Below, piece by piece: positions 32,820 through 43,790 of a DNA stretch of 64,000 nucleotides. The translations under genes were made by a program, and so were the position numbers. Position 1 is the first letter of the stretch. Every line of letters starts with the position of its first letter. The notes below the pieces were generated by a model that worked only from the letters and a program-made list of their open reading frames with translations, was not told the origin of the DNA and did not search any database. The stretch lies in the NCBI GenBank assembly GCA_965215265.1, contig OZ244048.1, forward strand, positions 2,080,001 through 2,144,000. The letters run 5' to 3'. The DNA comes from Candidatus Poribacteria bacterium. GTDB taxonomy: Bacteria; Poribacteria; WGA-4E; WGA-3G.

Positions 32820-35800
32820 TGTCAGATCCATTTGAAACTTATAAAATCCTTTGTGATTCTTACATTCGTTACATACAAACAATTATGGGTTTCAATGACG
32901 AGAAACTCGAAGAAGAACGTGACAAACTACTTCGGAAAAATGGACTGCTTTTCCAAGAACCTCGTTTCGAACCGATTTTTCCTTATCCATCTTCTGGAAA
33001 AACCTTATCCAAGTTGTGCTATGATGTGCAACTCCCCTCTGAACTCGGTCATTTTCTCGCACTCGGAGGCGACGATGGGCTTGCACCTAAAGATCGAAAT
33101 CTCTATCAACACCAAGCGGAAGCAATCAAAGCATCGGTTATTGAAGGAAAGGATGTCGTCGTTACGACTGGGACCGGTTCAGGAAAAACAGAATGCTTTT
33201 TGCTGCCGATCTTCAGTTATCTTATCAAGGAATCACAAAACTGGACTGATTACGGCAGCCGGAATCCCAACCACCCATGGTGGCGTGAACGTGAGAGTAT
33301 AACCGGTAAACGAGTTCCACAACGCCAAGGAGAAAAGCGTCCAGCTGCTATCCGTGCGTTGATTTTGTATCCTCTTAACGCGCTTGTTGAAGACCAACTG
33401 ATGCGGCTTCGGCGCACCTGTGACAGCCCAGGATCGCGCCTGTGGCTTGATAAAAACCGATTAAAGAATCGGTTTTACTTCGGTCGGTATACCGGTTTAA
33501 CCTCGGTTCCCGGCTACGAAAACGCAAGGAACCTCAAAAAACTTCGAGAACAACTTGATAAATTACATAAGCAAACTGAAAAAGTTCGTGATTCGGAGGA
33601 GAAGCGTTATTTCTTCCCTTCAACCGATGTTGATACGGCTGAGATGTGGTCACGGTGGGACATGCAAGAGCATCCACCGGACATTTTAATCACAAACTAT
33701 TCAATGTTGAACATCATGCTCATTCGTGACTTAGAACAACCAATCTTTGAAAAAACCAAAGCATGGCTCGAAAAAGAGGACAGTATTTTTCATCTTGTTG
33801 TTGATGAATTACACGCTTATCGCGGAACAGCAGGATCGGAGGTCGCTTATCTGCTTCGAACACTGTTCGATCGGCTAGGTCTTGAACCCGATTCTCCGAA
33901 AATACGTATCATTGCCTCAAGCGCGTCGCTTGATGGAAATGATGGACATAAGTACCTCCGACAATTTTTTGCCCGAAGTAAAGAATTTGAAATTATTGGT
34001 TCACCTCTGCATCCCGATCAAAGTGATAAACTCCGGGAGTGCCTCACGCACGCCGAACACTTTAATGCATTTGATTCCAATCGAGATTCTGTGCAGCTAG
34101 ATCAAATTCCGAAGGAACTTATCAAATCCGCTGTAGCACAACTGTGCAATCATCATGGAAAATTACACGCTTCAACGATTGGAGAGATGGTTGAAGCTGC
34201 AAATCAGGTTAATCCAACAAAAATCTCCGACGCTACTATCCGTGGGCTCATTCGCTATATAGTTCAGCAGAAGGATCCGGAAGCAACCGGGGCGCTGTTG
34301 CCCTTGCGCGTTCATTACTTTTTCAAAAACTTTGAGGGATTGTGGGCCTGTAGCAATCCAAAGTGTTGTGGCTCTACCCACGACGACACTTCTATTGGTA
34401 AACTGTACGCAACTCAGCGATTTTTGTGTGATGAATGCGGATCTCGAGTATTAGAACTATTAAGTTGTCAAACATGCGGGAACCTCTTTCTCGGAGGATA
34501 TAAACACCAAATCTCTGAGAATTCCCGCGGCTGGTACCTCAGCGGCGACTATCAAGAATTAGAAGGGTTACCCGAAAAAGGAATCAGAAATCGAAACTAT
34601 GAAACTTACGCTATCTTTTGGCAAAGAAAAGAAAAGCCAGATCGACCGCCGTGGCATAAAAATAAGAGACGTTGGGCGCGCGCCCAATTCTCTCCATTCC
34701 GTGGGACACTTATTCCGGACTCATCTGCTGCATACAATGGCCACTTTTACAAGATTGACGATCCTGATGAATCGTGTTCAGAAATTCCCAAGTATTGTCC
34801 CAATTGTGGTGATGCGTGGGATGTTTCTCGGAAAACAACTCTTGTCAATGGCAAAGAGCAAACGTATTCACCGATTCATTATATGGGCACAGGGTTGCAA
34901 AAAGTGATTCAGATCCTCACGCAAACCTTGCAAGCAACTGTCAAAGAGCAATCGAAACGGAAGACCGTCATCTTCTCTGATAGCCGACAGGACGCAGCAA
35001 AATATGCCACTGGAATTCAATGGTCACACTATCAAGATATGGTTCGACTCATCGCCGTTGAAGCAATGAAGGAACAAGAGGACTCCCCTGAATTTTCAAT
35101 TCTGCGTGATTTGCAAAATAAGACGGTTAATCGACTAGAATTCAAAGACTTCCTTATGCTTAGAAAAAAGTTTCCATACGATGAAACACTATTCGCTGAT
35201 CTCTATGAGGGAAAACCTTTGACATCCAGTCAGAAAAACCGACTTGCAGCACTTAGCAGCAATTATCAATTTACAGTTCTACAGAAGGCTTGCTTTGATA
35301 AATTTATCAATCTTGGTATGAATCCCGGAGGCTACGGTGACAAGGTTGATTCTTCTTCGACTCTTGCTAATAACGATAGGGAGGTCTTCCATAAATGGGA
35401 GGAACTCTGTAATTGGGAAACGGATCCTGTCACACTAAAGGAATTACGGTACCTTGAACGACATCAGGAACGCCTTATAGAAAATATTGAGGCTGAACTA
35501 AAAAAAGTGATTGCTGAACGAATCTTGTTCGCACGGAGAGATATGGGTTTAGAGGGACTTGGACTTGCATGGTGTGAACCCAACATGGATCCGGGCAAAT
35601 GGCCCATTGAAGGAATCGATTCTGCAGAAATGATGTCTGCCGTTACCCGAATCCTTGGCGAACGAAGATACACTAAGATTTACCGACCTGATGCTGAACA
35701 AAGGAGCATGCCAAAGTTTATGGATAATTACCTCGTAGATTCGGCAAAGAAAATTGGGTGCTCTCCGGAAAACCTCACAAGTGCAATTAGCAAACAGATT

Positions 35801-38251
35801 GAATCCTCTAATAGTTTTGACAATGACAACTACCTCATCCGCGTTGAAAACCTGAACCTTCGCTTATCTCAGGGAGACAGAATTTTCAGGTGTTCCCAAT
35901 GCAGACGCAAGCACCTTTATAAAGCAGGTGGGATTTGTACAAATACGATGTGCGGCGGCGAATTGGAGGAAATTGATAGCAAATCCGATAAACTAGAGCA
36001 ATATGGAGGCTACTATGCTTATCAAAACCGTCTAGAGCCAAACGGACTTGGAATTCAACCTTACCGTTTCCATTGCGAAGAGTTGACAGCACAAACCGAC
36101 TCGAAAGAACGGCCCAACCGTCAACGTTGGTTTCAAGGAGTTATCCTTGATAATGAAAATCAACGAACGAATGAGATAGATCTTCTCAGCGTAACAACAA
36201 CAATGGAGGCGGGGATTGACATCGGGGCACTCTCAATTGTGTTAATGGGTAATGTCCCTCCACAACGCTTCAACTACCAACAACGTGTTGGGCGCGCAGG
36301 AAGACGAGGCGAATCACTTGCGTATGCCCTCACACTTTGCCGACTGCGTACGCATGACGATCACTACTTTACTCACACAAGCGAGATTACAAACGCAGAA
36401 ACACCCCTGCCATATCTTGATATGCGGAACCAGGATATTCTCAAACGCGTTTTGGCAAAGGAAATTTTATACCACGCCTTCCGGGGCTCAGCAAATGCAG
36501 AAAACGCCAACGTAGAAAATGTCCACGGAAAATTCGGAAAGGTTTCCGATTGGAAAGTCAATCGAGAACAGCTCTCCGAATGGATTCAAGAGCGTTCTCA
36601 TCAAAGCAGAATTAAGCAAATCTTGCAGCTGCTCGCCGCACAGACGGAACCGGGAATCTCGGATAAAATGGAGGAACTGAGAATTTGGGTTATTAACAAC
36701 CTTGTGAAAGAGATTGATAATCGCGTCAAGGAACATCCATTTGAAGAAGACGAACTAAGTCAAGCACTTGCAGAATGCGGCTTGTTGCCAATGTTCGGTT
36801 TTCCTACCGGTGTACGCCTTTTGTACCATGAGCATCCAAAGATTTCAAAGTGGCCACCAACATCAGGTGTCATCGATCGAGATATTGAAATCGCCATTAG
36901 TCAATTTGCCCCCGGTTCAGAGACTATTAAGGATAAAAAGATTCATACCTCAATTGGCCTCGTCTCTTATAAACCGAGGAAAGGTCGTTTAGTCCCTGAA
37001 AACGGTATCGCGAATCGACTACGAATAGGGTTTTGTCGTAAATGCAAAGCAGTTTTCACAAACCTTGGTGAAAACCAAAATAACTGTAAAATCTGCGGAT
37101 CCGAAGAATTCAAGCAGATTGATGGAGTCGAACCTAAAGGTTTTCTTACCAATTTTAATCCAGAAGATGCTCATGAATCTTTTAGTTGGGCACCGAGGGC
37201 AACCTATTCTCGCTTACCTTCTGACTCACCTGTCAACTTGAACAAACACTTCAATTTCCGTTGGGGAACAGAAAGTAAGCTGCAACTGTTCTCAATCAAC
37301 ACCAATGCCGATCAATTATTTGAACTTCAAAAACTGGAAAAAAACGCAGCCCTTGTATCAACCAAAGTCTGTCAGGAGCTAGCTGCAAAAAATGATAGAT
37401 ACGCTTTCAATAAAGAAACGGACGTGACGGGGCCTACAGAGGAAGTAGCACTTTACGCTGCTCGGACGACAGATGTTCTATTAATTGATGTCGATGAAAT
37501 CCCTATCGGTGTTCTAACTGATCAGAGAACGGAATATTGGCGAGCTGCCCTTTATTCCTTTGGTTTTCTATTTCGTCAATTTGCAGCGAGTCAATTGGAC
37601 ATATCTCCTAATGAGCTGCGCGTTGAGATTCGACCAATCTCTTCGGGAGAGAACAGAATTCGTAAACAGCAAATATTTATTGCCGATTCATTAGCAAATG
37701 GGGCAGGATACTGTCGCTATTTAGGTGAACACCATAGTGATGGAAAACCGTTCCGACTGATTGAATTTTTACGCAAGATGATTAATCCAAACATGGATTT
37801 TGCAAAAGGGTTGATGACTCACAGCGGAGATTGTGATTCGTCCTGCTACAGCAAAGGTTGCATGCGGGACTACGCTAACATGCCCTATCATCCCTTTTTG
37901 GACTGGCGTTTAGGATTAGATGTAGCACACCTTTGCCTTGAAAAAGACTATCAGATAGATCTCCAAAAGAACCATTGGGACTCTCTGGTTGATCGAGTAG
38001 AGAAAAACTTCATGGAACTTCTCCCAGGACTTATGCGCAGAGATCGAGATGGTGTAGCTGTTTTTGAAGCACGAGCCCAGAAAAAGGCATTCATCTTGCA
38101 TCATCCTTTGGCATCTGCCGAAGAAGATCGGTTAGGACCTCATATTGCATCTGCTACAAAGGAACTTCATGAAACCGGGTTTAAGGTAGAATACATTAAC
38201 ATCTTTGATGCTATCCGTAGAGTGAGTATCGTGATGAATAAACTTAAATAG
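32819..38251 (+). CDS. Large DEAD/DEAH SF2 helicase with DUF1998 Zn domain (DruE-like)
   Basis: LYQHQ, TGTGSGKTE, YPLNAL, DELH, SSAS, TTTMEAGIDIG, QRVGRAGR, several CxxC pairs, C-terminal ADSLANGAGY...CDSSCY..C...HPFLDWRLG. Confidence 0.85.
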   Translation: MSDPFETYKILCDSYIRYIQTIMGFNDEKLEEERDKLLRKNGLLFQEPRFEPIFPYPSSGKTLSKLCYDVQLPSELGHFLALGGDDGLAPKDRNLYQHQAEAIKASVIEGKDVVVTTGTGSGKTECFLLPIFSYLIKESQNWTDYGSRNPNHPWWRERESITGKRVPQRQGEKRPAAIRALILYPLNALVEDQLMRLRRTCDSPGSRLWLDKNRLKNRFYFGRYTGLTSVPGYENARNLKKLREQLDKLHKQTEKVRDSEEKRYFFPSTDVDTAEMWSRWDMQEHPPDILITNYSMLNIMLIRDLEQPIFEKTKAWLEKEDSIFHLVVDELHAYRGTAGSEVAYLLRTLFDRLGLEPDSPKIRIIASSASLDGNDGHKYLRQFFARSKEFEIIGSPLHPDQSDKLRECLTHAEHFNAFDSNRDSVQLDQIPKELIKSAVAQLCNHHGKLHASTIGEMVEAANQVNPTKISDATIRGLIRYIVQQKDPEATGALLPLRVHYFFKNFEGLWACSNPKCCGSTHDDTSIGKLYATQRFLCDECGSRVLELLSCQTCGNLFLGGYKHQISENSRGWYLSGDYQELEGLPEKGIRNRNYETYAIFWQRKEKPDRPPWHKNKRRWARAQFSPFRGTLIPDSSAAYNGHFYKIDDPDESCSEIPKYCPNCGDAWDVSRKTTLVNGKEQTYSPIHYMGTGLQKVIQILTQTLQATVKEQSKRKTVIFSDSRQDAAKYATGIQWSHYQDMVRLIAVEAMKEQEDSPEFSILRDLQNKTVNRLEFKDFLMLRKKFPYDETLFADLYEGKPLTSSQKNRLAALSSNYQFTVLQKACFDKFINLGMNPGGYGDKVDSSSTLANNDREVFHKWEELCNWETDPVTLKELRYLERHQERLIENIEAELKKVIAERILFARRDMGLEGLGLAWCEPNMDPGKWPIEGIDSAEMMSAVTRILGERRYTKIYRPDAEQRSMPKFMDNYLVDSAKKIGCSPENLTSAISKQIESSNSFDNDNYLIRVENLNLRLSQGDRIFRCSQCRRKHLYKAGGICTNTMCGGELEEIDSKSDKLEQYGGYYAYQNRLEPNGLGIQPYRFHCEELTAQTDSKERPNRQRWFQGVILDNENQRTNEIDLLSVTTTMEAGIDIGALSIVLMGNVPPQRFNYQQRVGRAGRRGESLAYALTLCRLRTHDDHYFTHTSEITNAETPLPYLDMRNQDILKRVLAKEILYHAFRGSANAENANVENVHGKFGKVSDWKVNREQLSEWIQERSHQSRIKQILQLLAAQTEPGISDKMEELRIWVINNLVKEIDNRVKEHPFEEDELSQALAECGLLPMFGFPTGVRLLYHEHPKISKWPPTSGVIDRDIEIAISQFAPGSETIKDKKIHTSIGLVSYKPRKGRLVPENGIANRLRIGFCRKCKAVFTNLGENQNNCKICGSEEFKQIDGVEPKGFLTNFNPEDAHESFSWAPRATYSRLPSDSPVNLNKHFNFRWGTESKLQLFSINTNADQLFELQKLEKNAALVSTKVCQELAAKNDRYAFNKETDVTGPTEEVALYAARTTDVLLIDVDEIPIGVLTDQRTEYWRAALYSFGFLFRQFAASQLDISPNELRVEIRPISSGENRIRKQQIFIADSLANGAGYCRYLGEHHSDGKPFRLIEFLRKMINPNMDFAKGLMTHSGDCDSSCYSKGCMRDYANMPYHPFLDWRLGLDVAHLCLEKDYQIDLQKNHWDSLVDRVEKNFMELLPGLMRRDRDGVAVFEARAQKKAFILHHPLASAEEDRLGPHIASATKELHETGFKVEYINIFDAIRRVSIVMNKLK

Positions 38252-38442
38252 AAAAGTAATATGGAACTTCAACCACTCCCCAAACTGCAACCTATTACGA
38301 AATTATCACCTACAATGTACTTGTGCCAACTGTCTCAATCAAGAGGAAACGGATACAGACTTTACGAGATTGCTGACTGTCTTTTGCTGCTTTACTATAA
38401 ACGAGCGTGAGGTAGAACAGAATTTCGCTACTTTTTTGATGA

Positions 38443-39024
38443 ATGATGACTTTCAAATACCTGATTTGGCTCTGTTTTTCCTTCAAAGGGAGAATCAACC
38501 GCACAACCTACTAGGTCTCTATATTGAGCCTGCTACCTATTCTGACACTGCTTGGCGGCCTGAGTATGATTCTAGATGATTCTCTCACGCCCACCGTGGT
38601 TAGCGCTATCGTAGTATTGGTGGGTATAACCTTCTACTATGTATCTATCCCTATTTCCGTAAAAAGGTTCCACGACACTAACAGATCGGGCTGGAACGTG
38701 CTTTGGGGGCTTATCCCTATATTTGGCCCACTGTATATCATCATCGTCCTAGGATGCCTGAAAGGCACGGAGGGGCCAAACGCTTATGGCCCGCCTCCCA
38801 CAATGCTTCCACAAACAAAAAAAGCCATAAAATTCATTGGAGTCATTGTGCTGTCAGTAGTAGCTGCGTTAATAATTAGTTCAGGCCTGAATGATGGGGA
38901 TGATCCCACTCTGAATACAATTCCGATAGCGTTTCTGATATTCTGCATTATCCAGCACAAACTTGTATGGCAATTCGTACTGACTCGAGTTCGGGAATTG
39001 TCACGAGCTATTCGCGATGAATAG
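38443..39024 (+). pseudogene. DUF805 membrane protein with premature amber stop
   Basis: MMTFKYLIWLCFSFKGRINRTTY*VSIL... (TAG at 38512) in frame with KRFHDTNRSGW and GTEGPNAYGP. Confidence 0.75.
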
Positions 39025-39185
39025 GGTATCTACCGGAACTTATCACGCTGGCACAAGCTAGCCTTGTACGCGACATCCACCGCATCGCCTCAAAAACTTA
39101 CAATCAATGCAACCATCGTCTTTTCTCAAAGTCCCACTTCTCGCAACAACAAAGCATTGCTTGGATTTGCAGGGGAACCGGAGGA

Positions 39186-39320
39186 GTGCCATCGATGCAA
39201 ACTTATCGTCACACTCCCTTTGGGCATACGGATTGGGTCCATAGCGCATCGTTCAGCCCAGACGGCAGCACGTTCGCCACTGGGAGTAATGACGGCACCG
39301 TGCTGCTCTGGGATCTCCGC
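39186..39320 (+). pseudogene. WD40-repeat gene remnant
   Basis: One intact repeat GHTDWVHSASFSPDGSTFATGSNDGTVLLWDL (39222-39317). Upstream sequence is degenerate. Confidence 0.7.
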
Positions 39321-39330
39321 AGTTGTCTCT

Positions 39331-39588
39331 CTAAGTGTGCAAGGCTTGCAGGAACGCTTCAAAACTGGGTGTCTCAACGGCGATGAGATGCAGCTGCTTG
39401 AGCCGCACCAGGTCTGGTATGGCTTCAAGGTGCGGTTGAGTCGTCTGCACGTCGCTCTGCGGGAACCGTGCGGTGAGCACCGTGATGACGTTTTCTATCG
39501 CATTCCGGCGTGCACCTTGTTCAATGCCTTGCTCAATGCCTTGTTTGAGTCCTTGTTGCACCAGGACTTCTGCCATGGTTTCTGCCAT
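39331..39588 (-). CDS. Putative internally translated small Rpn C-terminal protein (RpnS-like antitoxin), 85 aa
   Basis: In-frame GGAGGT-7 nt-ATG inside rpn (MAETMAEVLVQQG...). Confidence 0.55.
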   Translation of the reverse strand: MAETMAEVLVQQGLKQGIEQGIEQGARRNAIENVITVLTARFPQSDVQTTQPHLEAIPDLVRLKQLHLIAVETPSFEAFLQALHT

Positions 39589-40428
39589 CTGTTTTACCTC
39601 CATCTTATCTTCTGCGAGTTGTTCCACTAATGTTACTAAGCCACTTTGTTCTGATAGCGGCCGACGATGCAAGATGAGTAGCAGGAAATAGACTATCGCC
39701 TCACGCCGCTGTTCGGCACCAACCGTATCAAACTCATCAAGGTGCGCTATCGCCGTGCGTAACGCATCCCGTATCTCCGCCTCGTCTGCTCTCTCTTTTT
39801 GCAGCACCGTCAAAAGCCACCCGAACGGATGATGCGTTTGAGTCAGTGTGGCGACATCGGTTTGCTTCACGCTCAAAAACAGCGTCTCAAAGGCAGGAAC
39901 GAACCGGGCGAGTTCAGCAGGGATGTCCATCAGTGCCTCAAGTGTCAGCGGGGTTTTCCACTCTCTCTCGCCGGTATAAAACACAATCGGCAGTATCGGG
40001 GGCAACCGCCGCGCCGGTTTGGGCACCTTGTCGTGTTCCCATTGCCTGCGATGTGCGTCCCAAATCAGCATCATATAAAACAGCACCCGAAACCCCATCG
40101 TCGCATCCACCGTCGATTGATGTTCCACGAGCAGATAGATGAGCAGCGCCTCGGTGGCTGTCTCGGTTCTAAACGGGACGCGGAACACGCTATCCGCTTC
40201 CTGCTCCCGCAGCACTTCCGGCAGCAGGCTTCTCGGGAGTGGAACGAGTTGGCTAAAATCTATGCGTTCTGCGATGTCAGCGGCGACGATTTCTAGCACA
40301 CCTCGGACGTTTTCGCCGTTTTGTAGCAAGCGCCGCACACTTCTGTCGGCGAAGTGTTCAACGCGTCCATCAAGCAGCGCGCGGATATGCTGCATCTGCG
40401 TATCCACGGCTTTGGTTTCTTGCGTCAT
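39331..40428 (-). CDS. Rpn family recombination-promoting nuclease / YhgA-like putative transposase
   Basis: EADSVFRV, LLVEHQS, LPPILPIVFYTG..W, C-terminal QGIEQG repeats. Confidence 0.9.
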   Translation of the reverse strand: MTQETKAVDTQMQHIRALLDGRVEHFADRSVRRLLQNGENVRGVLEIVAADIAERIDFSQLVPLPRSLLPEVLREQEADSVFRVPFRTETATEALLIYLLVEHQSTVDATMGFRVLFYMMLIWDAHRRQWEHDKVPKPARRLPPILPIVFYTGEREWKTPLTLEALMDIPAELARFVPAFETLFLSVKQTDVATLTQTHHPFGWLLTVLQKERADEAEIRDALRTAIAHLDEFDTVGAEQRREAIVYFLLLILHRRPLSEQSGLVTLVEQLAEDKMEVKQMAETMAEVLVQQGLKQGIEQGIEQGARRNAIENVITVLTARFPQSDVQTTQPHLEAIPDLVRLKQLHLIAVETPSFEAFLQALHT

Positions 40429-40611
40429 TTCTCTCCTCAGTGCCGGGGGCCTGCCATTCGGGCAGCCCGCCGGTAAAAAGCGGTGAAGACTTAACTCAAA
40501 TTATACTACTTTTGGCAGTAAAGATGCCACCCTTTTTTTTCTGGCGATTTCGTTTTCGCTTCTGACAGCGGAGGTTGTGGACTAAAAAAAGCAAAAACCG
40601 CTCACTTTTCC

Positions 40612-40640
40612 TTGACAATACCTCAAAAATAATGTATAAT
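40612..40640 (+). promoter_or_regulatory. Consensus sigma70 promoter of mod
   Basis: Perfect TTGACA-17 bp-TATAAT. Confidence 0.8.
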
Positions 40641-40677
40641 TAAAACAAAACAAACCAATAACCTGAAAACAACACTC

Positions 40678-43600
40678 ATGCGAACACCAAAACAGAAACT
40701 CCAAACGCTTCTCCAACAACTCTTCCGTACCGATGCCGCCGAACTCGACTTCGGCATCTACCGCATCATTAACTACCGCCGCAACCAAATCCAAAACTTT
40801 ATAGATACCGAGCTCCCCACCCTCATCAACGCCGCACTCCACGCAGACACACACGCAGAAAATGCACACCAACAGATAGAAACCCTCGCAAAACAGATAC
40901 AACAAACCCTCGGCGACACCGTCTTAGACGCAGACGGAAACCTGCTCAACGAGAACTTCAGACAAGCCCCACTTGTCCAGCAATACCTCACCGCAAAACA
41001 ACAACTCGGCACCCCCAGAACCCAAACCGAGCGCGCCGATGCCGTTTTCAATCACCTCTACACCTTTTTCTCACGCTACTACGAAAATGGCGACTTCCTC
41101 CCACGCAGACGCTACACGCAAACCCAACGATACGCCATCCCGTATAACGGCGAAGAAGTCTACCTCCACTGGGCAAACCGAGAACAATACTACGTCAAAA
41201 GCGGAGAACATTTCACCGGTTACACGTTCAAAGCCGAAGCGATTACCGTCACCTTCTCGCTCCGCACCATAGACATAGAAAAGGACAACGTCAAAGGCGC
41301 GAAACGCTTCTTTATTCCGCTCTCTGCCGAAACGCGGTATCACCCGGAAACCAAGCAGCTGGAGCTTCCGTTTGAACATCGTCCGCTCACTGATGCGGAA
41401 AAGAAGCGCTACGGCACGCAGAACCAGCAAGAGAAAATCCTTGATGCCGCTGAACCTGAAATCCTAGCAAACCTGAGCGCCCACTATGAAGTGCTGTCCG
41501 CCCTAGAGCGCCGCGCCGATGAACTAAGCCTGCTGAAGAAACACCTGCGCACCTACACACGCCGCAACACTGCGGACTTCTTCATCCACAAGGCGCTGAA
41601 GCGATTCCTGACGCGTGAGTTAGATGTATATCTAAAAAACGAGGTTATCCCTCTGTCTGGCTTTATACTTAACACATATCAAGGGGGGGGGCGGTACGGG
41701 CAAATGGAAACGGCCCCACGCCGCCACCTTGGCTTGAAACCGCACAACTCGTTCACCGCATCGCCACACAACTCATCCACTTCCTCGCAGACATAGAAGA
41801 ATTCCAGAAACGCCTCTGGCTCAAAAAGAAATTCGTCCTCTCTACCGACTACTGCCTCACGCTCGACCGGGTCCCGGAAGCGTTCTACCCCGAAATCGCT
41901 CACAACCGCGCACAACGCGAGGCGTGGCAGCACCTCTTCGCCATTGAGGATATCGCAGGCCACCTCATCAACACCCACTATTCTGAGCCGCTCACGGTGG
42001 AGTTCCTCAAGCAAAACCCGAACCTCGTTCTGGATACCTGCCACTTCGACGCAGACTTCAAAGACCGGCTGCTGGCACACTTCGACGAACTGGACGCCCA
42101 AACCGATGGACTGCTCATTCATGGAGAGAATTTCCAAGCGTTAAACCTCCTCACAGCGAAATACCGAGATGCCGTGAAAGCCATCTACATCGATCCGCCC
42201 TATAACACCAAAGGCTCCCCAATTTTGTATAAGAATGACTATAAAGATTCATCATGGATGTCCCTCATGGCTGACCGAATTGCTATTTCCCGGGAGTTAT
42301 TAACAAACAACGGTACCTTCTGTGCCGCCATTGATGACGTGGAAGCCCCTAACCTCCGGCACCTCCTCCAGCATCTCTTCGGCAAAGAGAACGAGCTCGG
42401 CATTGTTGCAGTCTGTTCCAATCCAGCGGGCAGACGAACTCCAACAGGCTTTGCTCCGGCCCACGAATATGCAATGTTTTTCAGTAAAACACAAAACTCG
42501 CGAATTAGTCCTTTGGAATATACAAAAGAACAACTCAATAGTTATAATCAAGTTGATGCCCAAGGACAAGTTTTCAAATGGGTGCCTCTTCTAAAAGGGA
42601 GCGACGCTGCTTCACGAAGAGAACTGCGGCCCCGATTGTTCTATCCAATCTTCGTCAGAGAAGATCAAATTAGAATTCCGCGCATGGAATGGGATGACGT
42701 TAGTCGACAATGGCAACTATTAGAATCTCCTCACCAAACTGAAACGGATGTCTGGCCAATTAATTCAAAAGGCGAAGAAATGAGATGGAAATACAAGGTT
42801 AAAACCTTACAAAAAAAGTTAGTTTCGTCTGAGCTTGCTGTGCATTTTGATCGAAATGACACTGTCAAAATTCAGATTAAATGGTACCTAAACAAAGAAG
42901 GTATACGACCTAAGACGTGGTGGGATAAAAAAGCATACTCAGCAACATCACATGGCTCCACTTTTTTAACAAGTATATTAGGCGATAATACAGCATTCCC
43001 GTTTCCCAAGTCTATCTATCTCGTAGAGGATTGCCTCCGCGTCTCTTCGCTGGGTAAAAACGATACTGTCTTAGACTACTTCGCAGGTTCTGGCACCACC
43101 GCCCACGCCACCATCAACCTGAACCGCCAAGACAACGGCAACAGGAAATATATTCTCGTTGAAATGGGACACCACTTCAACACCGCTCTCAAACCGCGAC
43201 TCCTCAAAGCCATATACGCACAAAACTGGAAACACGCAAAACCCACATCACGCCAAAGCACGCTCTCACACCTCTTCAAATACCAACGCATAGAATCCTA
43301 CGAAGACACTCTCAACAACATCCAGTTCAAAACACACCAAAATCCGCTCTTTGAAGAACCGATGCTACGCTACCTGTTAGGAAACGAAACCCATGAGAGC
43401 CCAACGCTGCTCAACATTGATAACCTCCAAACCCCGTTTCACTATCAACTCAACATCGTCACCGGGCTAAACACACAAACACAAACCATAGACATACCCG
43501 AAACCTTCACCTACCTGCTTGGACTCACCGTCAAAACCCGGCGCGTCTTCTACGATAAAGCCAGACGCTACCTCGTCTACCGTGGCACTCTCCAGACGAA

Positions 43601-43790
43601 GAGCGTCACGATTATCTGGCGAGAGACGCACGGCTGGCAACCGGAAGATTGGGAAAGAGACTCTCGTTTTATTCAACACCATAAACTCACGGAACACGCA
43701 GACACGCTCTATGTGAACACCGACAGCATCGTCCCCGAGGCAAAAGCGTTGGACGTGCTCTTCAAACAGTTAATGTTCAGCGAACCCTGA
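40678..43790 (+). CDS. mod: Type III R-M DNA methyltransferase (Mod), frameshifted at a G9 tract
   Basis: ELDFGIYRI / YNGEEVYLHWAN N-terminal half (40678..41796) and DPPY...DYFAGSG C-terminal half (frame open from 41673). One extra G joins them into about 1037 aa. Confidence 0.85.
41683..41691 (+). repeat. G9 homopolymer at the mod frameshift
   Basis: CAA GGGGGGGGG CGG lies within the interval where the frame must switch. Confidence 0.85.

Noticed and set aside
32819-38251. DISARM (DrmA/DrmB) assignment
   Set aside because: Helicase and DUF1998 are in one chain of about 1800 aa, and no DrmC PLD or DrmD SNF2 gene is present.
38512-38514. Pyrrolysine or amber recoding in the DUF805 gene
   Set aside because: No pyl genes are seen, TAG is used as a normal stop in many genes here, and a TGG>TAG mutation is simpler.
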